DNA of 64,000 nucleotides from Narcine bancroftii (taxonomy: Eukaryota), in contig NC_091477.1 of the NCBI RefSeq assembly GCF_036971445.1, forward strand, positions 119,908,001 through 119,972,000, in the 5' to 3' direction. The stretch's first letter is position 1. Each line of letters begins with the position of its first letter. Of this stretch, positions 34,185 to 46,766 are shown piece after piece. Below the pieces are notes generated by a model. That model had not been told where the DNA came from. It saw only the letters and a list, made by a program, of their open reading frames with translations, and made no database searches. The position numbers were made by a program, and so were the translations under genes.

Positions 34185-36255
34185 AAAAGGAGTAGCTGTG
34201 GCAGAATTTGTCAGATGTATCAAATAAGTATTTCTGAAACAGTAAGTGGACCAGCCGATGAGAAGCGAGGCGGTACTGGATCTAGAACCTGTTAATGAAC
34301 TTGTTCAAGTTATAGACCTCTCGTGGGGAAACATTTTGGTAACTTCCTGAGGTTTAGCATAGCTATGGACATGGAAAAAAACAGGCAAATTAATATAAAG
34401 TTTTTAATTGCGGAGGGGCTCATTACGAAGGTATCAGGGAGGAACCCGGGCGAGTAAATTAGGGGCAGATGTTCTTAAGACAAAGCATAGAGGTAATATG
34501 GAGGATGCTATGGATCACGGGCGGGATCCCACATAACTTTGTCCTACTGAGGCAGGAAATATGTGATCGGAAAAGGGAACTGTGGTTGACAAAACAGATG
34601 AGGCAGCTATTTTAGTGGCCGAGAATATATTAAATTTAGGAAGCAGAAAACAGGAAGAACTGATAAGTAACCAGGTCGGAACTTAAAAATTGGACTTGGG
34701 AGAGCTAAAAGGGGACAATGCAAGTCCTTGGCAAGTAGGATTAAGGACGTCTCTAAGCACTGTAGAAAGATAAGGAAGTTATGTTTCACCTAAGTGAAGG
34801 ATGAGGAGTTGCTTAAGGATAGAGGAGGTCAGGTGCCTGGAGGCTGACGAATTTGGGGGAAGAGTGAGGTACAAACAAAATTCTCAGTATTCACAAGAGA
34901 ATAGGACTTTCATCAAGGTGAGGTTAGAATAGAACTTGCTTTTGTGTTGAACCTTGTTGAGTTTAAGAAACAGGAGAAACATTAGAATTAGTAAGTCTCC
35001 GCGATTGGATGAAACACACCCCAAGTTGCTATGGGAAGGGAAGGAAGAAGTTGCTTGGGGACTACCATCTTCCTTGGCCAGAGGCTGGTGCCGGAGGGTT
35101 GGAGAATGGCAAATGTGGTCATCATGTTAAAAATAAATGTAATAGGGAGATTAGTATGAAAGACATGATTTACGAGCATTGAGAAAAGTATAGTCTGTTC
35201 TGGTATAGTCAGAATGGCTTTATAAAGGGAAGGTCGTACCTCAGGCGCCAAATTGAGTATTTTAAGGAGGCAACAAAAGAGATTGCTGAAGGTAGCACGG
35301 TAGATGTTGTGGGAAAAAGTCCACCGTGAGAGAATGGTTCAGAAAGTCATGAGGTATGGGATCCATTAAAGGTTGGGTGTGTTACCTCCTGTTTGATTTT
35401 TTTTCTAAATGACCTGGACGAAGATGTAGAGGAAAGGGTTAGTAAGCCAGACTATCCATTATACCACCAACCTTCGGGTCATCCGCAAGTTTACAAACCC
35501 ACCTTTCCACTTCCTCATCCAGGTCATTTAAAAAAAAGGTTCACAAGGACGAGGGGTCCCAGAACGGATCCCTGCGGAACGCGACTGGTCTCGGAGCTGC
35601 ATGCAGAATATAAAACATCACAACAACCGTCTGACTTCTCTGGACAACCTAATTCTGTCCCCAATGGTGATAATTGGCCTTTTGTGGAACATTAAAATTT
35701 ATGACCCAAAGGCAAAAATGAAAGCTATTTCAAGAAGCAAATGGAAAATATGAAAATGATGGTTTTGATGCTGATTTGGCTACTCGTACAATACAGAGGG
35801 TAGTAGTGGGCTGGATGTTAGTGACTCGTGGTGTTCTGTGGTGTTTATGTTGGGACCCTCGCTTAGTGTGACATCTGTAAATAACTTGGATGTATAAATG
35901 TTTGTAAATGACATTAAGATTTGTGCGTTTGTGTATATCGCAAAGGGATATTACAAAATAAAACAGGGTACAGATTGGATACATATATAGGCTGATACAT
36001 GACAGATGGCGTTTCATCCGAACAATTCTGAGGTGTTGCGCCTTGGAGGTTTAATCCTGGAGAGTGTTTTCAGATCATGGAAGGCTAGATAGTGAGAAAC
36101 ATTGATGTGAGATTAATCTGGGGTTAAGGTTCATAACTACTTGAAAATTGTTCCACAGCTAGATAAGGTGATAACAAAGGTGTATAAATGTTTGCCTTCA
36201 ATTGGACACAGCACTGTAGAAAGATAAGGAAGTTATGTTTCACCTAAGTGAAAGT
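34185..36255 (+). mobile_element. Degenerate, rearranged CR1-type LINE (with nested or inverted pieces)
   Basis: Endonuclease-linker to RT remnants (tggagaatggcaaatgtg, aatgacctggacgaag). A minus-strand CR1 piece sits at about 35450-35660. Confidence 0.6.
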
Positions 36256-36959
36256 TTTGCCGTACTTCCAGTACTCTGTGTTGGCTTCCTCCGAATTATG
36301 CGTCTCATAATCTGAAACACCTCTGTTAAGTCGCTTCTGATCCTCCGTTGCTCCACAATTTCCTTGCTCACTCAACTTTCCTTCAGAAGACATGTTTACC
36401 AATCGAGCTAACATCCTCCATAATAACGAAGTTACCAGAACTAAATGCAATGGCGGACTAACCCGAATACCCAGAGCATCTGCTATAGCTCACGACTCTT
36501 AAACTCAATCCCCGAGCAATGAAGGTCATCACACACACCGTCAATCTGTGCGGCATCCTTGTGGAATCTCTGACTGGACTTTTACCCCAACATTCCTCTG
36601 CTCTTCACACTGCTGTGATTCCTTCCATAAATCATCTACATCCTTCCATCTCGATCGATCTAAGGGTATATTTCATATAGTTCTGCATTGAACAATTCTG
36701 CTACTTTTCTGCTCAAACTCCACACCCTCTCTCTATAACTTTGTAAACTACCACAACCTTCTAGACTATTCACAACCCTTCCAACCTTCCTGTAATCCGT
36801 AATCTACTAACCTAACCTTTCACTTCCATATCAAAGTCAGATAAATCACAACTATAAAACATTGGAATGGTGGAAGCGGGTCTAATAACGTCTATAAGAA
36901 GTAAAGATAGGTATCCGACGTTTAGGGTACCAGAAATCTCCGTCCGGAATTTCACGGAT

Positions 36960-37650
36960 TTCCAGGCTGCATTTATTCCATCTGCCATGATCTACATTTT
37001 CCAAACGTTATTAATGATTTTTGAGATCAATATAGAACATTGCCCGTTCATTACTTCGTTTAGAATTTTACGCGAGGCAGATGTACTTCTTACTGCAACT
37101 CAGGAGACAGTTTTAGCCTTTACACGCTGATAGCCAGACGAGCAATTTTATTTCAAAGGAAAGATGACTCTTCACCCACCCATACACAGGATGCAATGTC
37201 CTATTTAAGTTTGGAGAAAATTATATACAGCATTAAAGATACAAAATTTCAGTTCCTAAAGATGTGGGGCCCATTCATAGAATATCCTTATAATTGGAAG
37301 AAATAATAATTTTGAATGTTCCGGAAGTTATCTGTCGGATGTCTGGAGATCGCTATCCGATCCACAATTTCCCCTTTTTTTTCTTTACCTTGATTAGAGG
37401 GAGGGGTAGATTAGATATAGTTTTTAGGGGTTTTTTTGCTTTCTTTTTTTTATCTTATTTAGATTAACTTGGTAAATATGTGTTTTACATGATGGTCATA
37501 GATAAATTCAATACCTTGTTTCTCAGGTGGATCAAAGAAATGTCTAATGTAGTTCCATCCATTTCGTTTGTAACTTGTTACGTGGTTTCGTTAAAATTTT
37601 GTTTGTACATTTATAAGATCAAATCAATATCAATATTTTTTTAAAAAGAA
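36960..37650 (+). mobile_element. Probable L1-clade 3' end
   Basis: AT-rich coding-like remnant, then a gggaggggtag...T-rich 3'UTR and an A-rich tail abutting the pseudo-exon. Confidence 0.4.
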
Positions 37651-37652
37651 AG

Positions 37653-38667
37653 GAAGAGATTCCCGTGCTCCTTGCCAAATATCACACTAGGTTACAGGAT
37701 TTATGATTCGTGCTTCGCATCTCGGTGAAAGCGGATTTTGAAATGATAAACTGACAAGAGTGACATTACCGCACCAGTCCTGTATCCCGGCCTCATTAAT
37801 CCCAGCCATAGTGGCGGATTCCGGATTTTAGCAATCGGTGGCGGTCGCGGCATCCATGGTTCCCTTGGTAGAATATTTTGGTAGAATTCTCATCTTAGTT
37901 ATGTCCTAAATGATCATAAACGATTCTCAGACGTTTCATTATGAAAACGTGTGGTTGAAAGAGACGTAAATAATATTGTATACCTTGGAATCGAGAGCCA
38001 AATAATCCACTGCCCAACTGAAGGGGTCAGGCGGCGTCTAATTTCAGCAGATTTTGCATAAAATACGCAGCGCTGGGAACAAATATATAAGACTGTAAAC
38101 AGAGGATTGAAAACCAGGCGAATCGACCCAAGGAATCCGCTCCATTATTAATCATGGCTGGTCCCCTCGCTCTTTCCTGCCAAGAAGCTCCCCCAGCCCA
38201 CTCCACCTTTTAGGATCATGTTTATTTACTATCATGTTTATTCATCCTATCTATGAATCCATAATATTTTTAAACCCTGCATAGTACCTCCCTCAACCAC
38301 TTCCTCAGACTGCCTTTTCCACATAATCACGCGTGATGATGTTACACCCGGGTATCTAATGGAATCTCTGCACTTCGCCTCATCTTATGTCTATCTGGTT
38401 ACTGATTTCCCGAGGCTGGGCAACCGAACCAGTGCGTTCACAGATTTATTCCTCCCATATTCGCAAACCTTTGTGCGATGTCTCCTCATCTTCCTCTATT
38501 GCAAGAAATAAAGACCTAACCTGCTCAATCTATCCCCGAAGCTCAGCCCCCGAGTCCTAGCAACATCCTCGTAAATCTTCTATGCACAGTGGCTGGTTCC
38601 ACATGTTTTATATTGTGGTGAAGAAAATGTGAAAGAGGTTGTCTGGAAGAGGGACAAAATTAATCTT
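37653..38667 (+). pseudogene. V2R/OlfC pseudogene psi2 (decayed exon 2 plus intron-2 remnant)
   Basis: ccaaatatcacactaggttacaggatttatgattcgtgc (PNITLGYRIYDSC) with downstream deletions and a stop, to about 37866, then intron-2 homology. Confidence 0.88.
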
Positions 38668-38919
38668 CAAAGGCGGAGGACAGATGCTTCGGACGAACGG
38701 ACCTCGTGTGTTGACACTTCATTTTTGCTCCAGCGGTTACGGTCATCTTTAAACGCATGCCGCTACTTTTGGACTACCTGCCCTGGGGAAACTTCTGTGA
38801 CCATCCACTCTATCTACGTCATATTTGGATACATATTGGTCACGTCTAAGACCTTTGCATCGCAACCTACCTTCTTTGCACCCTTTCCAGTATAATAACA
38901 TCCTTCCATTCACTGTGCG

Positions 38920-39660
38920 TGAACGTTAGAAAGAGGAAAGAAGTAATAATTATATTGGCCCAAGTGTATAGATCCCCACATATCCATTGGGACTCTGAGT
39001 AACGGATAAATGGACGGATTCTGGAGATATCACAGAGTTGTTATTGGAGGCTTCAAACACCCAAATATTGGCATCCACCTCCTTTCTACAAGAGGGATAG
39101 AAGGGGCAGAATTTGGCAGATTCCTGACACTGAAAGTGGACTAGTCGGCTAGAGGAGAGGCCTTAGTAGATCTACTACTGGGGAATGAACCTGATCACGT
39201 GACACACTTCTTGTAGAGAAAATTTTCTATGAGAGTGACCACAGCTCCCTAAGCTATTGACAAGGAAAAAGAAAAAACATACAAAACTTAAATTGTTTAA
39301 TTAAGGAAGAGATAATTACGAAGGGATGAGGCAAAACCTCGGCAAAGTAAATTGGAGAAAGATGTAATCGGGAGAACGCATGGAGGTAATGTAGATAATA
39401 TGTGACCTCTGGGAGGGGGGGTCTGTACAGGTTATTCCCACGGAGACAGGGAAAAATTTACACAACCTGCCATACATAAGGTATGGAAGCAGAAAATCGG
39501 AAGAACTCGTGAGAATTATATGGTAGCCAGGACGAACTTAAGAAAAAGTGGATCTAACAGGGGACATGAAAAGGCCTTGGCCAAGTAGAATTAACGAAAC
39601 CTCTAAGGCGTTCTACGTGAACATAAGGATGACGAGAGTGAGGTAGGGCCACTTAAGGAT
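38920..39660 (+). mobile_element. CR1-type LINE internal fragment
   Basis: Same region as 34185-34820 (gtggac.ag.cg...gatcta...aatgaac...). Confidence 0.55.
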
Positions 39661-40285
39661 AATGTTTCAAAAGGCATCAATCATCCCGGTGCCCAAGAGG
39701 AGTAGTGTGATCTGCCTCAACGACTACCGCCTAGTAGCACTAACTTCTACTGTGATAAAATCGTTGAGACGCTAGTACCTCAGCAACATTCTGAACTTAG
39801 TGCAATTCTCCTATGTTCACAATCGCTGCACAACTAATGCAATATCCCTGGCTCTCCACTTAGCTCTGGTTCACCTCGAAAACAACAATTCATACATCCG
39901 GCTGCTCTTCATCGACTACAGCTCGGCCTTGAAAACCATTATTCCCTAGGTGGTGGACAAGAACCCACAAACTCTAGACCTCTATACCCGGCTCTGCAAC
40001 TTTCTCATCAGAAGATCACTGTCAGGACTAATTGGAAACAACATCTCCACCTCACTGATTACCAATGCAGGTGCACCCTGCTTAGTCCACTGCTCTATTC
40101 ATTATGCACGCATGACTGTGTGGCCAGGGACAATTCCAATGTCATCTACATGTTTTCTGATAACAATATGTTGACGGCAGAATCACAAATGGCAATCAGG
40201 AATGGTGTAACAACAAGAGCCTTACGCTAAACGTCAGCAAATCCAAGGAGATGATTGTAGATTTCAGGAGGAAGTCGGGGGATAT
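39661..40285 (+). mobile_element. Rex1/Babar-type LINE RT fragment
   Basis: Translates to KASIIPVPKRSSVICLNDYRLVALTSTVIK and ...IRLLFIDYSSALKTIIP. Confidence 0.75.
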
Positions 40286-40359
40286 GATCCAGAGCTCATC
40301 CACTGCTGAGTAATGAATAGGGCCAAGAATATCAAATTCTGGTTCTTGTAACTTATGCC

Positions 40360-40890
40360 TTCTATACCACAGAGTCAATCTGCGCATCTTCATTGAGGGC
40401 CCTATAGACTCCAACTCGAAGATCCCTCTGATTCTCCACATTAAAAGAGTCTTATCAAAATAAACCACTTCACACTTATCTGGGTTGAACTTCCACTTCT
40501 CAGCCCAGTTTTGCATCCTTTCAATGTCCCACTCTAACTTCTGACACTATATTATTCGCAACACCTCCAAACTTTATGTATCAGCAAACTTATTAACCTT
40601 TCCCTCCACTTCCTCGTCCAGGTCATTTATAAAATTCTCAAAGCATAAGGCTCCATGACCAATCCCTGAGATACACCACTGGGCACCGACCACCATGAAG
40701 AATATGACCTGTGGGCAAGCCAGTTCTGGATCCACAAAGCAATGTTCCCTTGGATCCCCTGCCTCCTTACTTTCTCAATAAGTCTTGCATGGGGTGTCTT
40801 ATCAAATGCCTTGCAGAAACCCATATACACTACAACTTCTGCTCTTCCTTCATCAATGTGTTTAATCGCATCATCATAAAATGTTGTAAG
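40360..40890 (-). mobile_element. CR1-type LINE RT fragment
   Basis: ORF 40627-40962: VVYMGFCKAFDKTPHARL...WIQNWL...SGVSQG; also NPDKCEVVYF. Confidence 0.75.
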
Positions 40891-41902
40891 TGGTAACCAT
40901 TTGCCTATTAAGCACCAAAGATTTATGAATTTTATTAATGCTAACTTCTGTGCACAGTACAAGAATTGCCTGCAACTAGTGAGATTGGACTGTGATCCAA
41001 AACAATTTTGTAAGCATATGTAATTCCATTACACACACCTGCACTTAGTATTAAAGGGGGGATTAAGTAGGTTAAGTAAGTTACAAAAATGAGGAGTCAC
41101 AAAAATGGTGCCAATTACGTAGTAATTTCTTCATGCCTTGAGATATACTTCGTCATGCCTGGGGATTTATCCACCTGAACACAAGAACAGTAAGAATATC
41201 ATCACATCCCCCTTTGACATGTGGACGTGTTTCAAGCCATCACATTAATTTCCCGAATTCCCAAACTCCCATGACCTTTTCCATGGAAAATTAAAAGACA
41301 AACATTCATTTAAGATCTCGCCTGTCTCAATTTCCACTTCATTGGGATGATCGAGGTTGATTCTTGTTGTTTTCTTAGCAACCTTTTCCCGCCAATATTC
41401 GTATGGAATCCCACACGATTGTCTTGTACATTATCTGCCAAGGCAATCTGATGTCCTTTCTTCCATACGAATTTCCCTTTGAGATATAATCCCATATCGT
41501 TTATACTTTAACTCTGGGCAGGGATTGCCTGATCACAGATGCCTTCGTCTGGCATATTCCTCCTTCTGTTTCCTAACAAGGCCCTTGTTATCGCTTATCA
41601 GTCATGATTCCCTGATACTGTCAGCGTACCCCTTCCCTAAATTCTCCCTTAATCGCACTCAAATGTCTTTAATTTGTTGCACATTAGTTAACCTGCAAAC
41701 AGCCGCTCCGTCAACATTTGCAGGGGCCTCTTTCATGCCATCAAACTTAGCCATGCCCAGATTAGAATGCAATTTTGTGGGCCAGTCTTATCGTTTTCCA
41801 AAACTACTTTAAAACCAATAATTATGATCACGAAATCATTATTGATTTCACTGAATAGTTATTTCATCGTTGAAAAAAAAGATATATATTCATATCCTAT
41901 AT

Positions 41903-42200
41903 CTTCTCTTCTTCTTTGGCTTGGCTTCGCGGACGAAGATTTATGGAGGGGGTAAAAAGTCCACGTCAGCTGCAGGCTCGTTTGTGGCTGACAAGTCCGA
42001 TGCGGGACAGGCAGACACGATTGCAGCGGTTGCAAGGGAAAATTGGTTGGTTGGGGTTGGGTGTTGGGTTTTTCCTCCTTTGCCTTTTGTCAGTGAGGTG
42101 GGCTCTGCGCTCTTCTTCAAAGGAGGTTGCTGCCCGCAAAACTGTGAGGCGCCAAGATCCACGGTTTGAGGCGTTATCAGCCCACTGGCGGTGGTCAATG
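41903..42200 (-). mobile_element. RTE-clade LINE, 5'-truncated
   Basis: RRKNPTPNPNQPIFPCNRCNRVCLSRIGLVSHKRACS* (C-terminal zinc finger), gaa-type tail, TSD tcctatat (41895-41902, 42202-42209). Confidence 0.88.
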
Positions 42201-42629
42201 TTCCTATATAGAATTGCATGAAAATGCACAACTTGATTATCCACACCCCGCGGTACCCTCCCCCCCCCCCCTCCTCCCCCGTCCGAAGCATTAACCGGAT
42301 CGCCGATATCCAATGTCTCCTTTAAATGTAACGTTAAATAGCATTGGAAATCAATCTTCAAATTTGTCTATTACAACGCCGCCATGTGTGACCGATCAGA
42401 CAACGATGATATCGAATACAGGAAAGAGTTTGAAGATATAGTGACAAGATAGCAACGTCTCACTTGCCGTCGATAAGATGAGGGGGGTGGTCATTCACTT
42501 CGAGAGAGGTGGCAAAGTGCATACCCCTGTCCACATTAATGGGTCAAAATGGAAGCTGGCATATTGCTATAACTGTTCTTTTCCACAAATAGCAAAGCCT
42601 TCATGTATTTCCTATTTGCGCGTACGTTC

Positions 42630-42797
42630 AGCGTGACATGGTTAATTACGTTCCTTTGTCTCTCATACAAATTAGATGGAAACCGTTCTCCTCCCTCCGG
42701 TGAGTCACTTCTTTCACCAGGGAAAGAGAATTTGCTCGTCCAAGCAAGACACACAATATAAAACTCCACGGCGCTGTGTGGCAAAACGACATTAAAT
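42630..42797 (+). promoter_or_regulatory. Proximal promoter of gene C (TATAAAA at 42757)
   Basis: Conserved with B and D: gttaatt, ctttgt, aattagat, ttcaccagggaa, tataaaactccacgg. Confidence 0.7.
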
Positions 42798-43012
42798 ATG
42801 TGCCACATTTTGCTTTGGGGGTTCTTGTTTGCTGTTACTCCCCCCACTCTCATTACTGAGAACCTGCTATGTCAAATCAGGGAAACGTTTGATTTATTCA
42901 GTTTGTCGAATGACGGAGACATCAACATCGGGGGAATATTTGGTCTTCATTCCCATGCGGTGAGATCTGAACTTTCATTTGAATCCAAACCGAGAAATAT
43001 GGAATGCGAAAG
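42798..43012 (+). CDS. V2R/OlfC gene C, exon 1
   Basis: MCHILLWGFLFAV...DGDINIGGIFGLH...ECE; AG|gtgagt; 215 nt. Confidence 0.96.
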
Positions 43013-45237
43013 GTGAGTTTAGTGAACTGATTGATGTGTTAACCACTTTCAAAATAACGGAAATCTAATTTGCATTCCTCTTCTTCCCAAAATGATGGGT
43101 CTTCCACCTAAAATTTGACTTTTTCACAAACTTTGCCCAACATGTTTCGTATTTTCTGTTTCTTTTCTTAAATTGGTTCGTGTGAGAAGGGGATGCGTGA
43201 AACTTGGTATAATGACCGCCTGAATGTTTGCATCTCACTCTAAAGCACATCTCTCAAGTTGTTGTCACACATCAACTTCAATATGGACATGAATCTATCC
43301 TCAACTCTGTAGAGATCGGTGTCACTAACGGCTCTGGAGGCCGTCACTGGGTGGATTTAGAGCAGAGATTGCTATCTTCTTGTGAGAAAGGTGTCAAGTC
43401 TTTGGGGAGAGGGCAGGAACATAGGGTTGAAAGGAAGAATTCATTATCCAAGATTAGAACGGCGTAGCAAAATCGATTGCCCAAATTGCTTCATTTTGCT
43501 CTATCTGTATAGATTTCTCATAGACTTGTGTCTATGAATTCTACCAAAACATGAATATTTTTGGCTATATTTATGGTAATGAATAAGGGAAGGAAAGATA
43601 CTCTGGTTATGCTTGAAATATACATTTTGTCGGAGTAATCCTCAGCAGAGATCATAAACAGAACAATGCGTTGACACGTTGACAATGTTCTCCTTGAAAT
43701 TGCAGAAGTTTTGTAGTATTTATATCATTAATATGCGAGATTAGTTGTACAAGCCAACATTTTAAAAGAAGAAAAACCAATCCGCAATTAATTGATTAAA
43801 AAATACATAAAATGCTCACCTTTCACTTGTTTCAGGAAAGGAAATAATTTTTGTTTATCAAGCACTAAATGAAAATAGTTCCGGCACTACCGCCCAGTAT
43901 TGACGGTTCTAAAAATTATTTTCCAGTCATCAAACAATCCAATTGGGTTTTATTTTGTATAATTAAGATTTGAGTAATAAGTTTTAACTCCAACTAAGTG
44001 AAGAAACGTATTTTATTACATATGCGTTGACTGAACAGCGAGGCAACGCATATGAAAGGGCCATCATACTGAGAACAAATGCAATAAATACCCAGGAATA
44101 GTTGCTGGAAAACTGATCTTAAAACAATAATACTGCAAACGTGGACCTTTATTTTTCTCTCTTCCCTAGTGGTGGTGAAGAGTATTCGAAATGAATGCTC
44201 AATATTTCTCATTCAACGAGCGCCCTTATTATTGGAGCGTAATTGATAAATATCGTTTTAACTGCAGTTTCCGATACTTATATTAATTCTATATTGATGT
44301 TAAAAAAAACACCAGGTTTCACCATAGGACGGCCACAACTATGGGATTGAAATCACGTTAGAAATGTATATGAAGAAGGGAGGTGAAGCAGGATATGGGT
44401 CAAATGTGGGCAAATAGAGCTGGCACAAATCGACGACTCAGTCGGCTTAAACCAGTTGGGTCGAAGACCCTGTTTGTACGCTGTCAACCCCAATGACCCA
44501 CTTCTGAAACACGAGTGCCAGGTCGAGCGGTGTGTGGTTCTCCTATCTTGCCGCTCTGCTGTCAAGGTCGCTCATCCCATTAATTGCAAGACGTAGCCCA
44601 TTTTGCCCGCGCATTTACTGTGCTGCAGTGGGGAGAATTGGGAACGAATGTATGTTTCCTTTGGCAATCCCATTCTTTCAAATCGTTGTCAGGACTACAC
44701 GCGTTGTTGTACAATATGCACTTGATTATTAGGCAAGAAAATAATGTTGATAATGGAGAGAGCACGAGCCAGAGTCGTCTCAATACGACACAAATCATTT
44801 GACTGAGATTTCCAACTCCTTTTGATAAAATATCATCTCAGCCGTGACAAACTTAACATTTGGAGAATATTACACCACAACAGTATCATGGCAAGTAGAT
44901 ACTAGATTCATATTTCACGGAAATAGGATCTTGTGCCCAACTCGTCCATGACGGCCAAATTTCCAATCAGACTTTGTCTAATTGACTCATATCCATCCAC
45001 AAGTCGCTGCAGTGGTTGGCAGAAGTTGCCTTCCCCAAACCCCTGCGTAAAGACGTCAGCGTCTTATCCAGCCTCTTCTCCACCACTCCGTTCGAACACT
45101 GACCCTCACCAAATCTTTCCTTTCCAAATCTTCTTCAATGACAGATGAGTCAGTGTGTCTGTTTAAATTTTTTTAAAACGTGCAGCGAAATACTCGGAGC
45201 GTATTACTCCTAATCCACAAATATTTTTGAACTCCAG

Positions 45238-45529
45238 ATTTAGTTTTCAAATGTTCCGCTTCGTTCAAGCAATGATATTTGCGATTAAGGAGATCAACGG
45301 GAACCCGGCGCTCCTTCCAAACATCACATTGGGCTACAGGATTTATGATTCGTGCAGTGTGCCTCGCTTCTCAGTGAAAGCGGCTTTCGAACTGATAAAC
45401 GGACGAGAGGGGACGTTCCCGCGACAGTCCTGTCCCCCGACCTCATTAGTTCCAGCCATGGTGGCGGAATCAGGGTCCTCGCTGTCCCTGGCGGTCGCGG
45501 CTTCAATAGCTCCCTTCAAGGTACCCATG
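45238..45529 (+). CDS. V2R/OlfC gene C, exon 2
   Basis: FSFQMFRFVQAMIFAIKEIN...LGYRIYDSC...FKVPM; tccag / gtaaga; 292 nt. Confidence 0.97.
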
Positions 45530-46766
45530 GTAAGACATATCAATTAACCATCATCTCGTCGGAAATCATCATAAATGGTTTTCAGACTTGCTGATTTCAA
45601 GAAATATGATTGCAACTGACACAAGAAACTGCATATGCTAGAATCCAGCGGAAATCAATCCTCTGAAGCAACTGATGGGGTCCAACGGCATCTGAATTCC
45701 TCCAGAGATCAGCATCTTTTGCATAAAATTCACGGTGCTGAAGACAACACCATAAGACCCGAAAGAGGGGAGACGATTTCTGCCATTCGGCCCATCGCGC
45801 CTCTTCCCAATAAACACTCTCAGCCAGCTCCACCTTTCAGTATCATGGCTAATCTTACCCTTGGCTCTCTTATCCTATCTATTACACATTGCATGTACAA
45901 TCGTCAACCTCTTCTGCCGGCAGCCCATTCCATATATTTACCACATTCTGTGTAAAATTGTTACCTCTCAGAATCCTATTAAATATCTCCCCGAACCCCA
46001 CTCCCTCATCTTATACCCATGTCCTTTAGTTAGCGATTCCACTACTCTGAGCCAACGAACCAATACGTTAACCGGTCAAATTCTTCTTCTTCTTCCCATG
46101 CTCCAAGAAAAAAAATTCCTTTTCTGCTCAATCTCTCCCTTCTTCACCTGTCCCCAAGGCCTGGTAACATCGGCGTAAATCATCTCTGAACTCTCTACAG
46201 CTGGATAATATTTTTTTCTGTAGTGCAGTGACCAAGGCTGAACATATAGTACTCCAAAGTCATTTGCAAAGGAACCATGTCCTCCAAACTTCATAATATG
46301 CTGAATCATAACGACCAATTTGCCAAAAGACTTTTTTTAAAAACCAAACTATGTACCTGGAACTAATGTTTCAAGGTTTCATGTACCGAACCCCTTTCCC
46401 CTAATACATACCGCCAATCCTTTGCCTAACGCCTCACATTTCTAAGCATTAAATTCTATCAACGTATCCTCTGCCTACCTGCCCAACAGATCAAGATCCT
46501 GAGGCATCCTTGCGAGGTGAGAGAGGTGGGAACAGTTAAACTGTTTGTGATACATTAAGACCGGTTCGTAGATAGAAAGGTCTTGGAAAGATATGTCAAA
46601 ATAGGGGAAAATGGATATTCGATGTATATAATTCACGATTAGCATGGAACTGTTGTTCAGAACGGTTTATTTCAGTCCTGTGTACATCTATGACATTGGT
46701 TCAATTTTAAATTGCGGTTGCTATTATATTCTCTGCCCATGGAAACAGTGGACGCAACGTCAGTTA

